64,000 nucleotides of DNA, from positions 44,206,001 through 44,270,000 of the forward strand of contig OX597831.1 of the NCBI GenBank assembly GCA_951406725.2, in the 5' to 3' direction. The notes below the pieces were generated by a model. That model saw only the letters and a list, made by a program, of their open reading frames with translations, was not told the DNA's origin and made no database searches. Below are positions 41,718 to 55,230 of this stretch, piece by piece. A program made the position numbers and the translations under genes. The stretch comes from Octopus vulgaris. Its lineage: Eukaryota. Position 1 is the stretch's first letter. Every line of letters starts with the position of its first letter.

Positions 41718-41882
41718 ATTTGTGCATCTCTATTCAATTATTGTTTTGAAATAACACTTCCTATCTTCCGCTAAATAAGTTGTCACCACAAAATAATAAT
41801 AAAGATAATAGCAACAAATAATGGCAACAATGACAATAATAATAACGACAACAACAACAACAATAACAACAACAACAACAAC

Positions 41883-41916
<34 letters not shown>

Positions 41917-41948
41917 TTTTTAATAATAATAACAATAATAATAATAAC

Positions 41949-42003
<55 letters not shown>

Positions 42004-42305
42004 GTTATAATAATAATATAAGTTGTGATGATTATGATAATGGTGATGATGTTAACGACGACGACGACGACGATTCATTAAATAAATAAAATAAATGAAG
42101 GAATAAATCTCATGCAATAAAAGTATAATCTATTATAATTCACTCATGTTGTCATTGTTATGGTGTGTGTGTATGTGTGTGTGTGTGTGTGTGTGTTTGT
42201 GTGTGTGTGCGCGCGCGTATGGGTTTGACTGTAAACGTTTTTGTATTGTCAACTATGTGTTTAGTGTAATACTGTATGACTACGTAAATGCGCGTATGTA
42301 TATAT

Positions 42306-42367
<62 letters not shown>

Positions 42368-42671
42368 ATATGTATATATATATATATATATATATACATA
42401 TCTATATATATATGTATAGATATATATATATACATATCTATATGAGTGTGTGTGATTGTGCATATGTATTTGTATATTTAGACATGTGTGTACCTATGTA
42501 TGAACAAGCATGTCAAAATACATGCATATACATGTAAATGTCCTTATATACAAACATGTTTTTAATACATACACATATATGTATGTTCATGGGTGTATAT
42601 ATATGCATGTATGTATATACATATCTTAAAAAAATACATATGTATATCTATAAAGAACTGTATATAAAGTA

Positions 42672-42733
<62 letters not shown>

Positions 42734-43112
42734 ATGTGTGTGTGTGTTTGTGTGTATGTATGTGTTTGTGTGTGTGTTTGTCAATACGTGTATATACAGA
42801 AATGTATACATATATATGTATGTACACATGTGTATGTATGTATGTATGTCTGTATGTATGTATGTATGTATGTATGTATGTATGTATGTATGTATGTATG
42901 TATGTATGTATGCATGTATGTATGTATGCAAGCATGCAAATATGTGTTTTCTTGGAGTTTTCTTTACGTTCTTCTTAAGATAGTTCAAGTCGGTCGCAAA
43001 CAAAGTGACGAACGTTCTTGAATCAAGAGAGTTCCCGGTGTTTGTAAATATGTGGTTGAGTTGGTGTGCAGATTGAACCGTTGATGCACACACCCACATG
43101 CATATGTGAGAC

Positions 43113-43187
<75 letters not shown>

Positions 43188-43242
43188 AAGAAGTAAATAT
43201 ATGGCACAACGAAGTACCGATATTTACTGGAAATAGCGAACG

Positions 43243-43280
<38 letters not shown>

Positions 43281-43340
43281 CCCACATATTTCCTTGACGA
43301 AACTATGTCCTTACGGTGGCTTCGTGAATGATATGTATAA

Positions 43341-43429
<89 letters not shown>

Positions 43430-43449
43430 AATATATATATACATATATA

Positions 43450-43603
43450 GTCGAAATTGCGAAGATAATCTGGTACTCAACTGAGGAAAGAAAACTTCGA
43501 ATGACCCGTCCTTGTTTTCTTTGTATCGTCTATCTGGATGATTTGCTGTCCAATTTTTGTATCACCTAACTGTCTGGATGTTTTGCGCTCTTGTCCCATT
43601 TTG

Positions 43604-43648
<45 letters not shown>

Positions 43649-44208
43649 CACACACACATACACACACACACACATATATATATATACATACATTTTCTGC
43701 TTTTACTTCTCTCTCTTCTCTTCCCACGTGACCGGCGCTCGGCCAAGCATGTTTATTCTTTCTTGGTCTGTCCGTTGTCCGTGCAACATCGATATTCGTC
43801 CCTGTGTTTGTGAAACCTTGTATCCCTGCCGTATGGCTTCATTTCCACAGCTTAATTTAATTCGTCCTTAGTTGAAAGATACCTGTTGTTATGTCCTGTT
43901 ATTATTTTTATTGTATTTGTGTAACAATGCCCGTTTTTTGTCCGTCCTTATTTTTGTATACATTCGCTGCTTTCTTCCAAGGCATCTAATGCTCTTAGCT
44001 TAGTTTTTCTTTGAGGCTGGCCAGATTGGAGCAATCTCAAATATAATCAGCCGAAATTGCGAAGATAATCTGGTACTCAACTGAGGAAAGAAAACTTTGA
44101 ATGACCCGTCCTTGTTTTCTTTGTATCGTCTATCTGGATGTTTTGTTGTCTCATTATTGTTTCACCTAACTGTCTGGATGTTTTGCGCTCTTGTCCCATT
44201 TTGTATTT
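43450..44208 (+). repeat. Partial-tandem repeat element (~155-bp direct repeat at 43450-43606 and 44050-44208)
   Basis: Direct repeat visible. Diverged relatives on minus at ~51940-52260 and 19430-19512. Confidence 0.82.
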
Positions 44209-44336
44209 TATATATATACATACATGCATATATACATATATATATATATGCATACATAAACTTACATAAATACATGCATATATGTGTATCTATCTATCTA
44301 TCTATCTATCTATATATCTATCTATCTATCTATCTA

Positions 44337-44415
<79 letters not shown>

Positions 44416-44800
44416 CATGTATATAACTCCGGCATTGATAGTGCCTTACCATGGCCACGGCATTCAGGCTGAAACTAATAAAAGAGTATTATAGATGTGA
44501 GTGAGTGTTTGTGTCTGTGTCTGTTGTGCGTGCGCGCGTGTTTTGTGTACTGTATCTTTTATCTGTTACTCGTTTCAGTCATTTGATTGCGACCATGCTG
44601 GGGCATCGTCTTGAAGTGTATTTAGTCAAATGACTCGAGCCCAGTACTTACTTATCTGAAACTGATACTTATTCTACTACCCCGATCCTTTGCCCAACCG
44701 CTATCTTACGGGGACGTAATCAGACCAACATTGGTTGTCAAGCGTGGTAGAAGGCACAGACAAAAAGATACACACACACAAACACATTTGCATATACATG

Positions 44801-44847
<47 letters not shown>

Positions 44848-44962
44848 TACATACACACATATATATACATCTATATATATGTATATATTTATATAGATAG
44901 ATAGATAGATCGATAGATAGATAGATACATACATATAAATGTATATTTATATACATATATAC

Positions 44963-45007
<45 letters not shown>

Positions 45008-45190
45008 ATGATAGATCGCTAGCCACTACATACATTTTTTCTCTCCTTGTTTCTCTCTTTTCTGTGTTTCTTTCTGTGGAAGAGCGTAGGCACGAAACGT
45101 TAAAGACTTTTTCCCGTGCGTTATATTAATACATCTGTTTGTTTTCTACACCACCTGTCTTCGTCATTTTTTGTGAATTCTCCCTATATA

Positions 45191-47357
45191 TTGATTGATT
45201 GATTGATTGATTGATTCTAGTTTCAGCTTATGAGCTGTGGCCATACTGGGGCACCGCCATTTGGTGTTGCTACTTGGTTTCACTTCATGGAGGCTTTCTA
45301 GCAACTGCTATTTGGTGCATGAGAGAGTTCGATGCAGCTGCCCTCATCTGCCCCTCCTGCCGTGAAGTTGGTTCATCTGGGACACCTGACAGGAAGAGAT
45401 CCAGCTTCATTTTAAAGACATTTGTATCCACCCCATGCAGGTCTCTCAGGTTCTTCGGGAGGATATTGAAGAGCTGTGGGCCTCGGAAGCCCAGGCTATC
45501 ACAGAATCTTGTCCTACATCTTGATGGCAGGTTTGGAGTCCTAGGCACCACGCAGTGGCGCCCAGTTCTGGCATTTGCGTAACTCTCGATGCCAAAGTTC
45601 AGGACACTTCCCTCCAGGATCTTCCAGATGTATATTATGGCATATCTTTCCCGCCTACGCTCCAGGGAATATAATTTTAATCTCTTGAGTCTTTCCCAGT
45701 AGCTTACATTCTGCATAGAGGCTATCTTCTTTGTGTAGCTTCGTTGGATCGCCTCAAGTTCTGTGATCAACTTGACACTGGATGGTGACCATAGCTGAGA
45801 GCAATAGTCAAAGTGGCTTAGGACAAGTGTCTTCCAGAGGACCATCATGGTTTCTTGTTCTCTTGTTCTAAAGGTTCTAAGAATCCAGCCAGCCAGCCGT
45901 CTACATTTCATTGTCAGTTTAGCAACATGTACATGAAAGGTCGCGTCATCACTCATGTGAATACCAAGGTCACGCACTGATTGTGCCTCTGGGATTGCAA
46001 TCCCTCCGGGTCCAGTGTATTCATTGGGTATTGCATTCAGTTTTGCATGCTGATAGTATAAAGCTTGAAACTTTCCAGCATTGAACTGCATGCTATTCTT
46101 TTCAGCCCACTTGTATATTTCGTCCAGCTCACATTGCAGGTGTTTAGTGTCCTCAGGGTTCTGTATTGCCTGTGAGACTTTTGTATCATCTGCATAACTT
46201 GTGATCGTGGCTCTCTGCGTGGCTGAGGGCATGTCTGAGAGGGCCATTATGAACAGTAGTGGTCCCAGAACAGTGCCCTGCGGAACACCGCTCACTATTT
46301 GTGTGTTAATGGAGGTGGCCCCATTGGCTACTACCACCTGACTTCTATCCTTCAGAAAGTCATGAAGCCATTCTCCCAGTTTTCCAACTATGTTGAGATC
46401 ACGCAGTTTGTGACATATCATTCCATGATCGACTTTATCAAAGGCCTTTGCAAAGTCGAGATATATCACTTCCACATTTGAGTGGTTGAGCAGCCGTTTC
46501 AGCACCCAGTCATAGTGTTGTAGGAGCTGAGTTAAACAGCTTCTCCCTGGTCGGAAACCATGTTGGGTGTCGGGCAGCAGGTCATTCTCTTCAAGGAAGG
46601 TGATCAGCTTCCTTCTGACTATTCGTTCCATGACCTTGCTGATGTGTGAGGTCAGAGAGATAGGTCTATAGTTCTTGGCTTCCGCTCTGCTACCTCCTTT
46701 ATGAATGGGGCATATTTTACCTTCCTTCAGTTTTCCTGGAAGTTTGCCAGCTGCAAGGAAGCTCTGAAAGAGGAACTGCAGTGGTCTTGCTAGGACTCTC
46801 TTACATGCTTTTAGGAGGATTGCCGGGAATCCATCGGGGCCAGTAGCTGAGTCTGTTTTCATTTCATCTATAGCCTTGGTTACATCGTCTTCCTTTATAT
46901 CGATGTAATCTATCGTCGCCGCCTCTGATTTTATATCTGCAGTGGTAAAAAAGTCAGTTGGATTGGTGATTTGGAGATGCCCAAGGGGTGGAGTGAAAAC
47001 ACTCTTGAATTGCTCATTCAGTATTTCACTTACCCTCATTGGTTTTCCTGTAAGTGTGCCATCCTTTTCAAGGAGTGGCCCTATTCTACAGTGCACTGTA
47101 GCTGTTTCTTTGGCATACCTGTAGAAAGCTCTGGGGTTAGATTTTATGTTTTCTATAGCCCAGGCTTCTTTGTCTGCTCTTTCTTTTTCATGGGAGAGTT
47201 GCAGACATTTTTCGATTTCCAACAGTTTTATTTTTAGGCGGGACTTTTCACTGCTTTCAATCTGTTTGTTTAGGCGATTTGAAAATTTCGTACGCCGTCT
47301 CATTAAAATTTTCCTCTCTCTGGGGATTTTGTTCTTGTGTGGGGATTTTGTTCTTGT
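45191..47357 (-). mobile_element. 5'-truncated non-LTR retrotransposon (LINE, CR1/L2 group): open RT ORF2 remnant, 3' UTR and (ATCA)n tail
   Basis: ORF 45285..47627 carries the RT motifs [51 protein letters not shown] and RDLGI. Real coding sequence starts at about 47357, where it abuts (TA)n. The (TGAT)n tract at 45191-45215 is an (ATCA)n tail on the minus strand. Clade assigned from remembered motif style. Confidence 0.93.
45285..47357 (-). CDS. Reverse transcriptase (LINE ORF2, N-terminally truncated, no APE domain visible)
   Basis: About 690 uninterrupted codons with RT motifs. The first ~90 aa of the 780-aa track ORF are microsatellite read-through. Confidence 0.85.
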   Translation of the reverse strand, partial: TRTKSPHKNKIPRERKILMRRRTKFSNRLNKQIESSEKSRLKIKLLEIEKCLQLSHEKERADKEAWAIENIKSNPRAFYRYAKETATVHCRIGPLLEKDGTLTGKPMRVSEILNEQFKSVFTPPLGHLQITNPTDFFTTADIKSEAATIDYIDIKEDDVTKAIDEMKTDSATGPDGFPAILLKACKRVLARPLQFLFQSFLAAGKLPGKLKEGKICPIHKGGSRAEAKNYRPISLTSHISKVMERIVRRKLITFLEENDLLPDTQHGFRPGRSCLTQLLQHYDWVLKRLLNHSNVEVIYLDFAKAFDKVDHGMICHKLRDLNIVGKLGEWLHDFLKDRSQVVVANGATSINTQIVSGVPQGTVLGPLLFIMALSDMPSATQRATITSYADDTKVSQAIQNPEDTKHLQCELDEIYKWAEKNSMQFNAGKFQALYYQHAKLNAIPNEYTGPGGIAIPEAQSVRDLGIHMSDDATFHVHVAKLTMKCRRLAGWILRTFRTREQETMMVLWKTLVLSHFDYCSQLWSPSSVKLITELEAIQRSYTKKIASMQNVSYWERLKRLKLYSLERRRERYAIIYIWKILEGSVLNFGIESYANARTGRHCVVPRTPNLPSRCRTRFCDSLGFRGPQLFNILPKNLRDLHGVDTNVFKMKLDLFLSGVPDEPTSRQEGQMRAAASNSLMHQIAVARKPP

Positions 47358-47389
<32 letters not shown>

Positions 47390-47485
47390 TACATATATGT
47401 ATATATATGCATATATGTATATATATACATATATATGTATATATACATACATATTTATGTATATATATATATACACATACATATG

Positions 47486-47540
<55 letters not shown>

Positions 47541-47575
47541 ACATATATATGTGTGTGTGTGTAATATTATAATAT

Positions 47576-48410
47576 ACAGGGTGCGGTAAATAAATTGTCG
47601 ACATTTCATACTTTTAATTTTGCGCATGCGTATTGGCTGTTTTTAGCTTTGTCGACTACCCGGTATGGTAGCGTCGGTTGGCACCGTCTGTGAGAAACAA
47701 GCAGCACCATGACGCAATTCACACCGCCAGAAATTTAGAAAGGACATGCTGTACCTCTTGGCATTCGCGCCAGAAGCCCCAGGACGAACATTTCAGGGTG
47801 TTTGGGTGTCAATCTGAGGTCAGTTCAATTTGTGGACATGTAGCGAGAGCGATAAAAATCAAACATCCACTCAACATCATGGTGTTTGGACTAGTGATAG
47901 CGATGTTATGCTTCCATTCATCTTCCTACACGGCCTCAGACTCGACGCGGAGGCCTACATCAAGTTCCTGGAGAAGGTACTGCTGCTCTTTGTCAAGAGG
48001 GTGGCTGCTGGAAGACCCTATGTCTGGCAACAGGACTCTGTACCATGACACACAAACAGAAAAACCCAGTCATGACAGTCAGACAATTTCTGCGACCACG
48101 TCACCCCTAACATCTGGCCACCTAACTCCTTAGATTGGAACTCGCTTCATTGTTATGTGTGGAACGCAACTGAGCGAGGGACCAACAAAACTCCCTGAAA
48201 CACCAAAGATGAACTGAAGGCAAGGATTATGGCAGCATTCACCAACTTAAAAAAGAACACCATCCAGAAGATTCTGAGGTCGTCTGGTGGCCGTGGTTGA
48301 AGCTAATGGCGATTTCCTTGAATAAATTTACTCTTTAGTATTTCAGGATATTTTTATGCAATTTTGGTAAATATATCTGTTAAAATGAGATGCCAGATAC
48401 ACGTGCACAC
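47576..48410 (+). mobile_element. Degenerate Tc1/mariner-superfamily DNA transposon (transposase relic)
   Basis: Fragmented frames give KHPLNIMVFGLV, YIKFLEKVLL..VAAGRPYVWQQDSVP and WPPNS.D.NSLHCYVW, matching QQD.AP.H and WPPNSPDLNPLD. Begins with TA|CAGGGTG. Confidence 0.8.
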
Positions 48411-48559
48411 AATATATATATGCATATCATATATAAATATATATATACATATGTATGTATGTATGTATGTATGTACGTATGTATGTATGTATGTATGTAT
48501 GTATGTATGTATGTATGTATGTATGTATGTATGTATATGTATGTATATATATATATATA

Positions 48560-48590
<31 letters not shown>

Positions 48591-48644
48591 TAAGTATAGG
48601 AAAAAATGGAGCTGAACGAAGATTTAACAAAATTCCTTTATTTT

Positions 48645-48730
48645 ATTTTCGACATATGTTTCGAAGTCTGCAAAGTCCCTAATTCCGATTGAATAAGGAG
48701 TCCATTTTGCAGCTTTCTCTTCAGGAAAAT
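48645..48730 (-). ncRNA. Type I hammerhead ribozyme motif with extended stem II
   Basis: AUUUUC-CUGAAGA-GAAAGCUGCAAA...UUUGCAGACUUC-GAAA-CAUAU-GUC-GAAAAU. Perfect 6-bp stem I, palindromic ACAUAUGU, GUC cleavage triplet. Confidence 0.82.
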
Positions 48731-48947
48731 CCAGGAACTTAATTCTCCAACAAAATGCACAACAATCTTCGTTCAGCTCCATTTTTTCCTATACTTAATA
48801 TATAAAACTTCAAATTTCTGCACTAAGGCACGGATTTTATGCCCCATGGTCGTAACTTTAACCGTGCTCTTTCTGTTGTGATTTTTGCTACCCATGTATC
48901 GGTTATCATTTGAATCATCCGTAGTAAGATAATTCATTTATCTACTT

Positions 48948-49008
<61 letters not shown>

Positions 49009-49009
49009 C

Positions 49010-49220
49010 TTTTTTACTTCTTTCAGTCATTTGACTGTGGCCATGCTGGAGCACCGCCTTTAGTCGAGCAAATCGGCCACAGGACTTATTCTTTGTAAGC
49101 CTAGTACTTATTCTATCGGTCGCTTTTGCCGAACCGCTCAGTTACGGGGACGTAAACACACCAGCATCGGTTGTCAAGCGATGTTGTGAGACAAACACAG
49201 ACACACAAACATATACACAC

Positions 49221-49253
<33 letters not shown>

Positions 49254-49404
49254 CACGACAGGCTTCTTTCAGTTTCCGTCTACCAAATCCACTCACAAGG
49301 CTTTGGTCGGCCTGAAGACACTTGCCGAAGGTGCTACGCAGTGGAACTGAACCCGGAACCATGTGGTTCTTAGCAAGCTACTTACCACACAACCATTCCT
49401 ACGG

Positions 49405-49405
<1 letters not shown>
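49010..49405 (-). mobile_element. SINE family A
   Basis: Homology to 1288-1690. Confidence 0.85.
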
Positions 49406-49442
<37 letters not shown>

Positions 49443-49701
49443 ATCGCATGACCGATCGGACTATCAGATGGTGTTACACAACGCTGGTCACAATGCAATT
49501 TGCATTCTTTTAGCCTTCAAATGACGCCATACGGCTGACTAGGCGAGCAAGCCGATATTCCCCGCTGATCGAAAGTGGGACAGGAGCAACGTGAAATGAA
49601 GTATTTTCCTCAAGAACCCAACGCTCCCTCCCCCCGGTTCTGCGATTCGAACCTACAATTTAGCGATCGTGAGTACAACAGCCTCACCACTAGGCAACAT
49701 G

Positions 49702-49784
<83 letters not shown>

Positions 49785-50083
49785 ATAGGGAGAACCCAAT
49801 ACAGAGATAATAAAATATAGATGGAGGTGTGAGGGTGTGAGCGCAACATGGTACTATATATATATATATGCACGTGTGCATGTATATATATATATAAATA
49901 TATATACATGTATATATATAAGTATATATATAATATAATATATATGTGTATATATATATATATACATATTTACACGTATATACATATATATATATGTATA
50001 TGTCTGTAAACTGTGTGTATATCTGTACATACACACACACACACACGTGTGCGTGATTGTGTATATATCATATATATACTTAC

Positions 50084-50132
<49 letters not shown>

Positions 50133-50146
50133 GAATGTAGATAGCT

Positions 50147-50331
<185 letters not shown>

Positions 50332-50984
50332 TAGATAGATAGATAGTTTCCGACTGGAATAGTCAAACAAAATAATAACATTCATAAATGTTTGACGGTG
50401 AGCAACAGATTCAAATACAACCGGATGTCTTTGAATACAAATAATCTATTTCTCGAAATGTTTTCCATCGGAAACTAAATTTCCTGGCACCATTCCAAAG
50501 TCCCCATCAAAATTCCTCAATAGAACTTACCATTCTACTTTTAGTTCAGCTTCATCCCCGACCCGCCTTCCTTTCATTTTCATCCTATCACTACGAAACT
50601 GAGCAAAATATTGGAGAGTAACCTATAAGACTTTCTGCAGTCCTTTTTACTACTAGAAATAGCAGCCAAATAACACTGACTTCTTCTGTGTTTGTATGCG
50701 CGCACACACATGTATGTATGTATGTATGTATGTATGCGAATAAGTTGTTTGTTCCTTCACGAGCCACGGCTGGCTCATAAGGGTCGGTTTCCCGGTTTCC
50801 TTGGCGTAAAGGTTCCCCACCTGGACGGGACGCAGGTGAGCTGCAAAGATGCCCAAGGGACCGTGTGGAACTTAGGTGTTTCGCTCATGAACACACATAT
50901 CACCCGGTCTGAAATTCGAACCCGCGATCCCTCGACCGCGAGTCCCCTGCTCTAACCACTAGGCCATATGCCTTCACTATGCGA

Positions 50985-51016
<32 letters not shown>

Positions 51017-51025
51017 TTGGTGAAG

Positions 51026-51110
51026 AATGGAGTTTGATATAGCTACTCTCATTTGCACCTCTTGCCGTGAGGTAGGTTCATCTGGGACTCTTGACAGGAA
51101 GATGTCCAGC
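51026..51110 (-). mobile_element. Short diverged fragment of the same LINE 3' coding end
   Basis: Sense-strand translation [27 protein letters not shown] parallels [27 protein letters not shown] at about 45320-45405. Confidence 0.75.
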
Positions 51111-51116
51111 TATATA

Positions 51117-51204
<88 letters not shown>

Positions 51205-51208
51205 CATA

Positions 51209-51259
<51 letters not shown>

Positions 51260-51622
51260 ATATATACATATATATATATAGTACAAAGTAAGATAGGGGT
51301 TATGAGGGTAACCCACTATGGGATATCAGTTATCCAATATACTTCTGGTGAAGTACCCAAATACTAAATACATAAATGCTTATAATTGCAATGCAATTAA
51401 TTCATTTATTGTATTGAATGGGTGAAGGTTAAAAATATTTTACCGTAAATTCATAATACAAATAAGAAAATGGAGGAACAAATTCATTTCGATCATCAAC
51501 TTATGGATATTACAATTTCGTATTATTTATTAATTATATAAATAGGAACACGAAAATCGAACAAAACAATATACATCAATATGCAAATTAATAATAAAAT
51601 AAAAATAATACAAATAAACTGC

Positions 51623-51751
51623 TCCTTACGGCTGTTTCGGCCGATGGTCAAGAGACAATCCAACTTAAATTGCTCAATGCCATTGTAGTATAGTCTTAGG
51701 CATTAAATATTATATTTGTCTATTTAAATAACCAAAGGCCTCGTCAGAGGA
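51623..51751 (-). ncRNA. Type I hammerhead motif with ~90-nt insertion in stem II
   Basis: UCCU-CUGACGA-GGCC...GGCC-GAAA-CAGCC-GUA-AGGA. Confidence 0.72.
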
Positions 51752-52623
51752 TATACATAACGACAAAATTATAATAATAATATTGATATATAAAAAACAC
51801 GCTTCGAATACTATCCAAAAAGAACAAGAAAATAAATGGCAAAGCAGATACTCAAAATAACATATATATATATACATACATAAGAGAACAAGGTGTACGT
51901 TACGCCGCAATAATATATGTATAAAAATTATATATAAAAATACAAAATGGGACAAGAACGCAAAACACACAAAGAGACGACACAAAAAACGGACGGGTCA
52001 TTCGAAGCCTCTAATCTTCAGTCAGGAACCGGATCGTCCTAGCAATTTCGGCTGATTAATCCTGATATCGCTCCGATCCGGCCAGCCCCAAGGAAAAACT
52101 AAGCTGCGAGCATTAGATTTCTTGGGAAAAGGATCGAATGTATACGAAACAAGGACAGAAAAACGGACGATGCCACACGAATATAAATACAAAAAAAAAA
52201 AAAATAAATAAAAAACAAGAATAGTAATAACAGGACAAAAACAGCGGGTGTCTTACGACTTTAGACAGTTTATCTTATCTTAGCTGGCTGAAACAAGTAA
52301 AAGAGTAAATGAGTAAAGTAAAGGTCTAATTATTATTTATATATATCCATACAAACAAAATGCTTTGCGTCAATTTACTGATTCGATAATTTACTATAAA
52401 ATCCCATGGAATTCTTGCCTTTAAAAATTCTAAATGTTTCAGTTGTAAGTAGCCCACATAACTTCAATAGTATCCCTTTTCGCTCCTTTCAAGTCATACT
52501 AAACACTTGTACGAAATGCAAACAGAGTAGAGTAAATATGATTGGTTGAAATTAACTATTATACTTTTTATGTTTTTAAAGAATATTTAGTTTTTACACA
52601 CACACACACACAAACACACACAC

Positions 52624-52673
<50 letters not shown>

Positions 52674-53844
52674 TAAGTAAATAAAAGATGGAGAGATAAG
52701 AGACAAAAAGTTGCTAGACTCCTTTCAGGTGGCGTGTTGGCAGAAGCGTTAGCACGCCGGGTCAAATATTTAGCAGCATTTTGTCCGTCTCTTCGATCTG
52801 AGATCAAATTCCGACCAGGTCGACTTTGACTTTCATCCTTTCCCAGTCGATAAAATATGTACCAGCTAAACACCGGAGTCGATTTAATCGACTTACCCCC
52901 AGTCCATGAGAGAGAGAGAGAGAGAGTGTTATCCTTCGGTTTGCAAGGTAGCTTGGTTCCGTAAGTCTAGCGTACAATCGAAATAATATAAAGGGAAATA
53001 TGTTTTTAATGACATCGATAAACACAAACAAAATTTAAATAATTACACTAGGTAACATAGTTTTATTATGCAAGTTCTGTTTCGCTTACATTTTGTTTTG
53101 TTTTTGCATTATGTGTGTTTTCCTATCAAATTTAGGACGATGAATACAAACAAAAACACGTCATTAGTTTTTGTACACCAAGATAGATTTGTGAATTCAC
53201 AATATTTCTTCTAATACAATTTATTGTAATTCGGCTGCATTATATAACATATAGAAATCATATAATATAATGAACAGTTATGAATAATGCAACTACGTTG
53301 TAATAACTACAGTGACACGATGAATCAAAAAGCATCAATAACCTTTTAATTTTCTTCTAGCACAACTCATACAGTTTCCAAGATACAACTTACCTGAGTA
53401 CTTGCAAAACAATGCTCTTATTTACTATTTACAATGGAATGTTCCAGAACAATAAAACTTAAGCAATTCATCAAATAACTAAACATGTCTTCATGGGCTT
53501 GCCCAGCCAGTCTGTTTATTAATTAATATTCTATTAATAGTATCTCATTGTTTTGCGCCTCGTTATCTGTATAAGTATTTCAATGGATTAATCTATCATG
53601 TTTGATTCAGGAAAGTTCTACGTAGATACAGATGTGTGATACGAGTGTAATTTCAACACATACATCGTTACGCATGATAGAAAATAATAGCTGATATAAC
53701 TGACCAGATACTGGTGCTATTATGAGAAGAATTTTGACATTGTGTTCAGCATAATAAAGTTCTATATTTAAGAGATATGGAATTATGTACATTATTTATA
53801 TTGCTTACATTTGATGGATAGTTGTCCTCATCTTGTTTGTTGTT

Positions 53845-53890
53845 AACACAACGTTTCTGCTGATATACTCTCCAGTCTTCATCAGGTGTC
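53845..53890 (-). ncRNA. Hammerhead motif (same family, stem II mutated)
   Basis: GACAC-CUGAUGA-AGACUG...CAGCA-GAAACGUU-GUGUU. Confidence 0.6.
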
Positions 53891-53930
53891 TTGGGGAAAT
53901 TTCGGACCTGGGTTCGATTCCAGGCAGTGA

Positions 53931-53987
<57 letters not shown>

Positions 53988-53994
53988 CAACAAC

Positions 53995-54035
<41 letters not shown>

Positions 54036-54120
54036 TAATAATAATAACAATAACAATGATAATAATAACAATAATAATAATAACAATAACAACAATAATA
54101 ATAACAACAACAACAACAAC

Positions 54121-54188
<68 letters not shown>

Positions 54189-54191
<3 letters not shown>

Positions 54192-55107
54192 ATGCATATA
54201 ATAAGGTTTTAGCCATAAATTCCTTAGTAGTACCAGTTGTTCTTTATAGCTTCAATGTGCTTAACTGGAATACCAGTGAAATAATGAAAATTGACAGAAC
54301 AATCCGCAAGCTACTGACTTGTAATAAGATGCACCATCCAAAGGCAGACGTGATCGCCTTTACCTTCTGACCCAAAATGCCGATTCTGTAACGATGAGAT
54401 TGAAACAATAGACTACCTAATCTCAGGGTGTAGAGTCTTAGCACCTGCAGAATATAAAGCAAGACATGACAGAGTCGGCCAGTATTTACATTGGACAATA
54501 TGTCGGCATTATAAACCGCTGACAAATGGTGTAAACATCATCCTGAAGCTGTGACTGAGGTAGAAAATGTGTCGATTCTATGGGACTTTCCCGTGCAGAC
54601 CGACAAGACTATAAAAGCTAATAAACCGGATATTATTATAAAAGATCAGACAAAAAGGATGTGTTTATTAATTGACATGAGTATTCCCTGTGATCACAAT
54701 ATAGCGGCGAAAGAATTTGACAAGATTAGTAAATATAAAGACCTACTAATAGAAATTGAAAAAATGTGGCATCTCAAGGCGACTACATTACCAGTGATTG
54801 TAGGATCTCTAGGAATGATAAAAAAAAGGTACTGAAACCTATTTGAAAATAATTCCAGGCTTACCATCCCTACAAGAAGTGCAAAAAATCGTATTAACTG
54901 GAACGGCTCATGTACTAAGAAGAGCACTATCGCTGTGAAAATAACATCCATCCATGAATTTATTTATTTATTAATTTTTAAATACACATTTTATCTGTGA
55001 ATTTGCGCGTGTAATCTGGGAATGCATACAATGCCCTCCTCTGCCCTATGTGTATGGAAAACACTCGGCGAGAAACGGAAGAAAATTTGAAGAAAGAAAG
55101 AAAAAAC
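54189..55107 (+). mobile_element. 5'-truncated, internally deleted R4/Dong-type non-LTR retrotransposon (RLE endonuclease) inserted in (AAT)n
   Basis: Translates to NAYNKVLAINSLVVPVVLYSF, then the zinc-knuckle region CRFC..ETIDYLISGC..YKARHD, then ILWDFPVQTDKTIKANKPDII..LIDMSIP..KISKYKDL (PD-D/ExK) and LQEVQKIVLTGTAHVLR. Flanked by (AAT)n on both sides; Dong-type elements are known to target TAA repeats. Confidence 0.88.
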
Positions 55108-55184
55108 ATAATAATAATAATAATAATAATAATAACATCGAAAAATACCTTAAGAATGATTACCCAGGTTCGAAATTTCCCCAA

Positions 55185-55230
55185 GACACCTGATGAAGGC
55201 TGGAGGATATATCAGCCGAAACGTTGTGTT
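55185..55230 (+). ncRNA. Minimal type I hammerhead ribozyme motif
   Basis: GACAC-CUGAUGA-A-GGCUG-loop-CAGCC-GAAA-CG-UU-GUGUU. Stem I GACAC/GUGUU, stem II GGCUG/CAGCC, palindromic AACGUU stem III. Confidence 0.8.

Noticed and set aside
43478-43512. CUGAGGA/CUGAAGA...CUUCGAAUGAC as a hammerhead in the 43450/44050/52000/19460 family
   Set aside because: It lacks GAAA-stem III-UH and a stem I partner, so it was not called.
47358-47627. N-terminal 90 aa of the 780-aa ORF
   Set aside because: Read-through from a mariner end and (TA)n into the truncated LINE.
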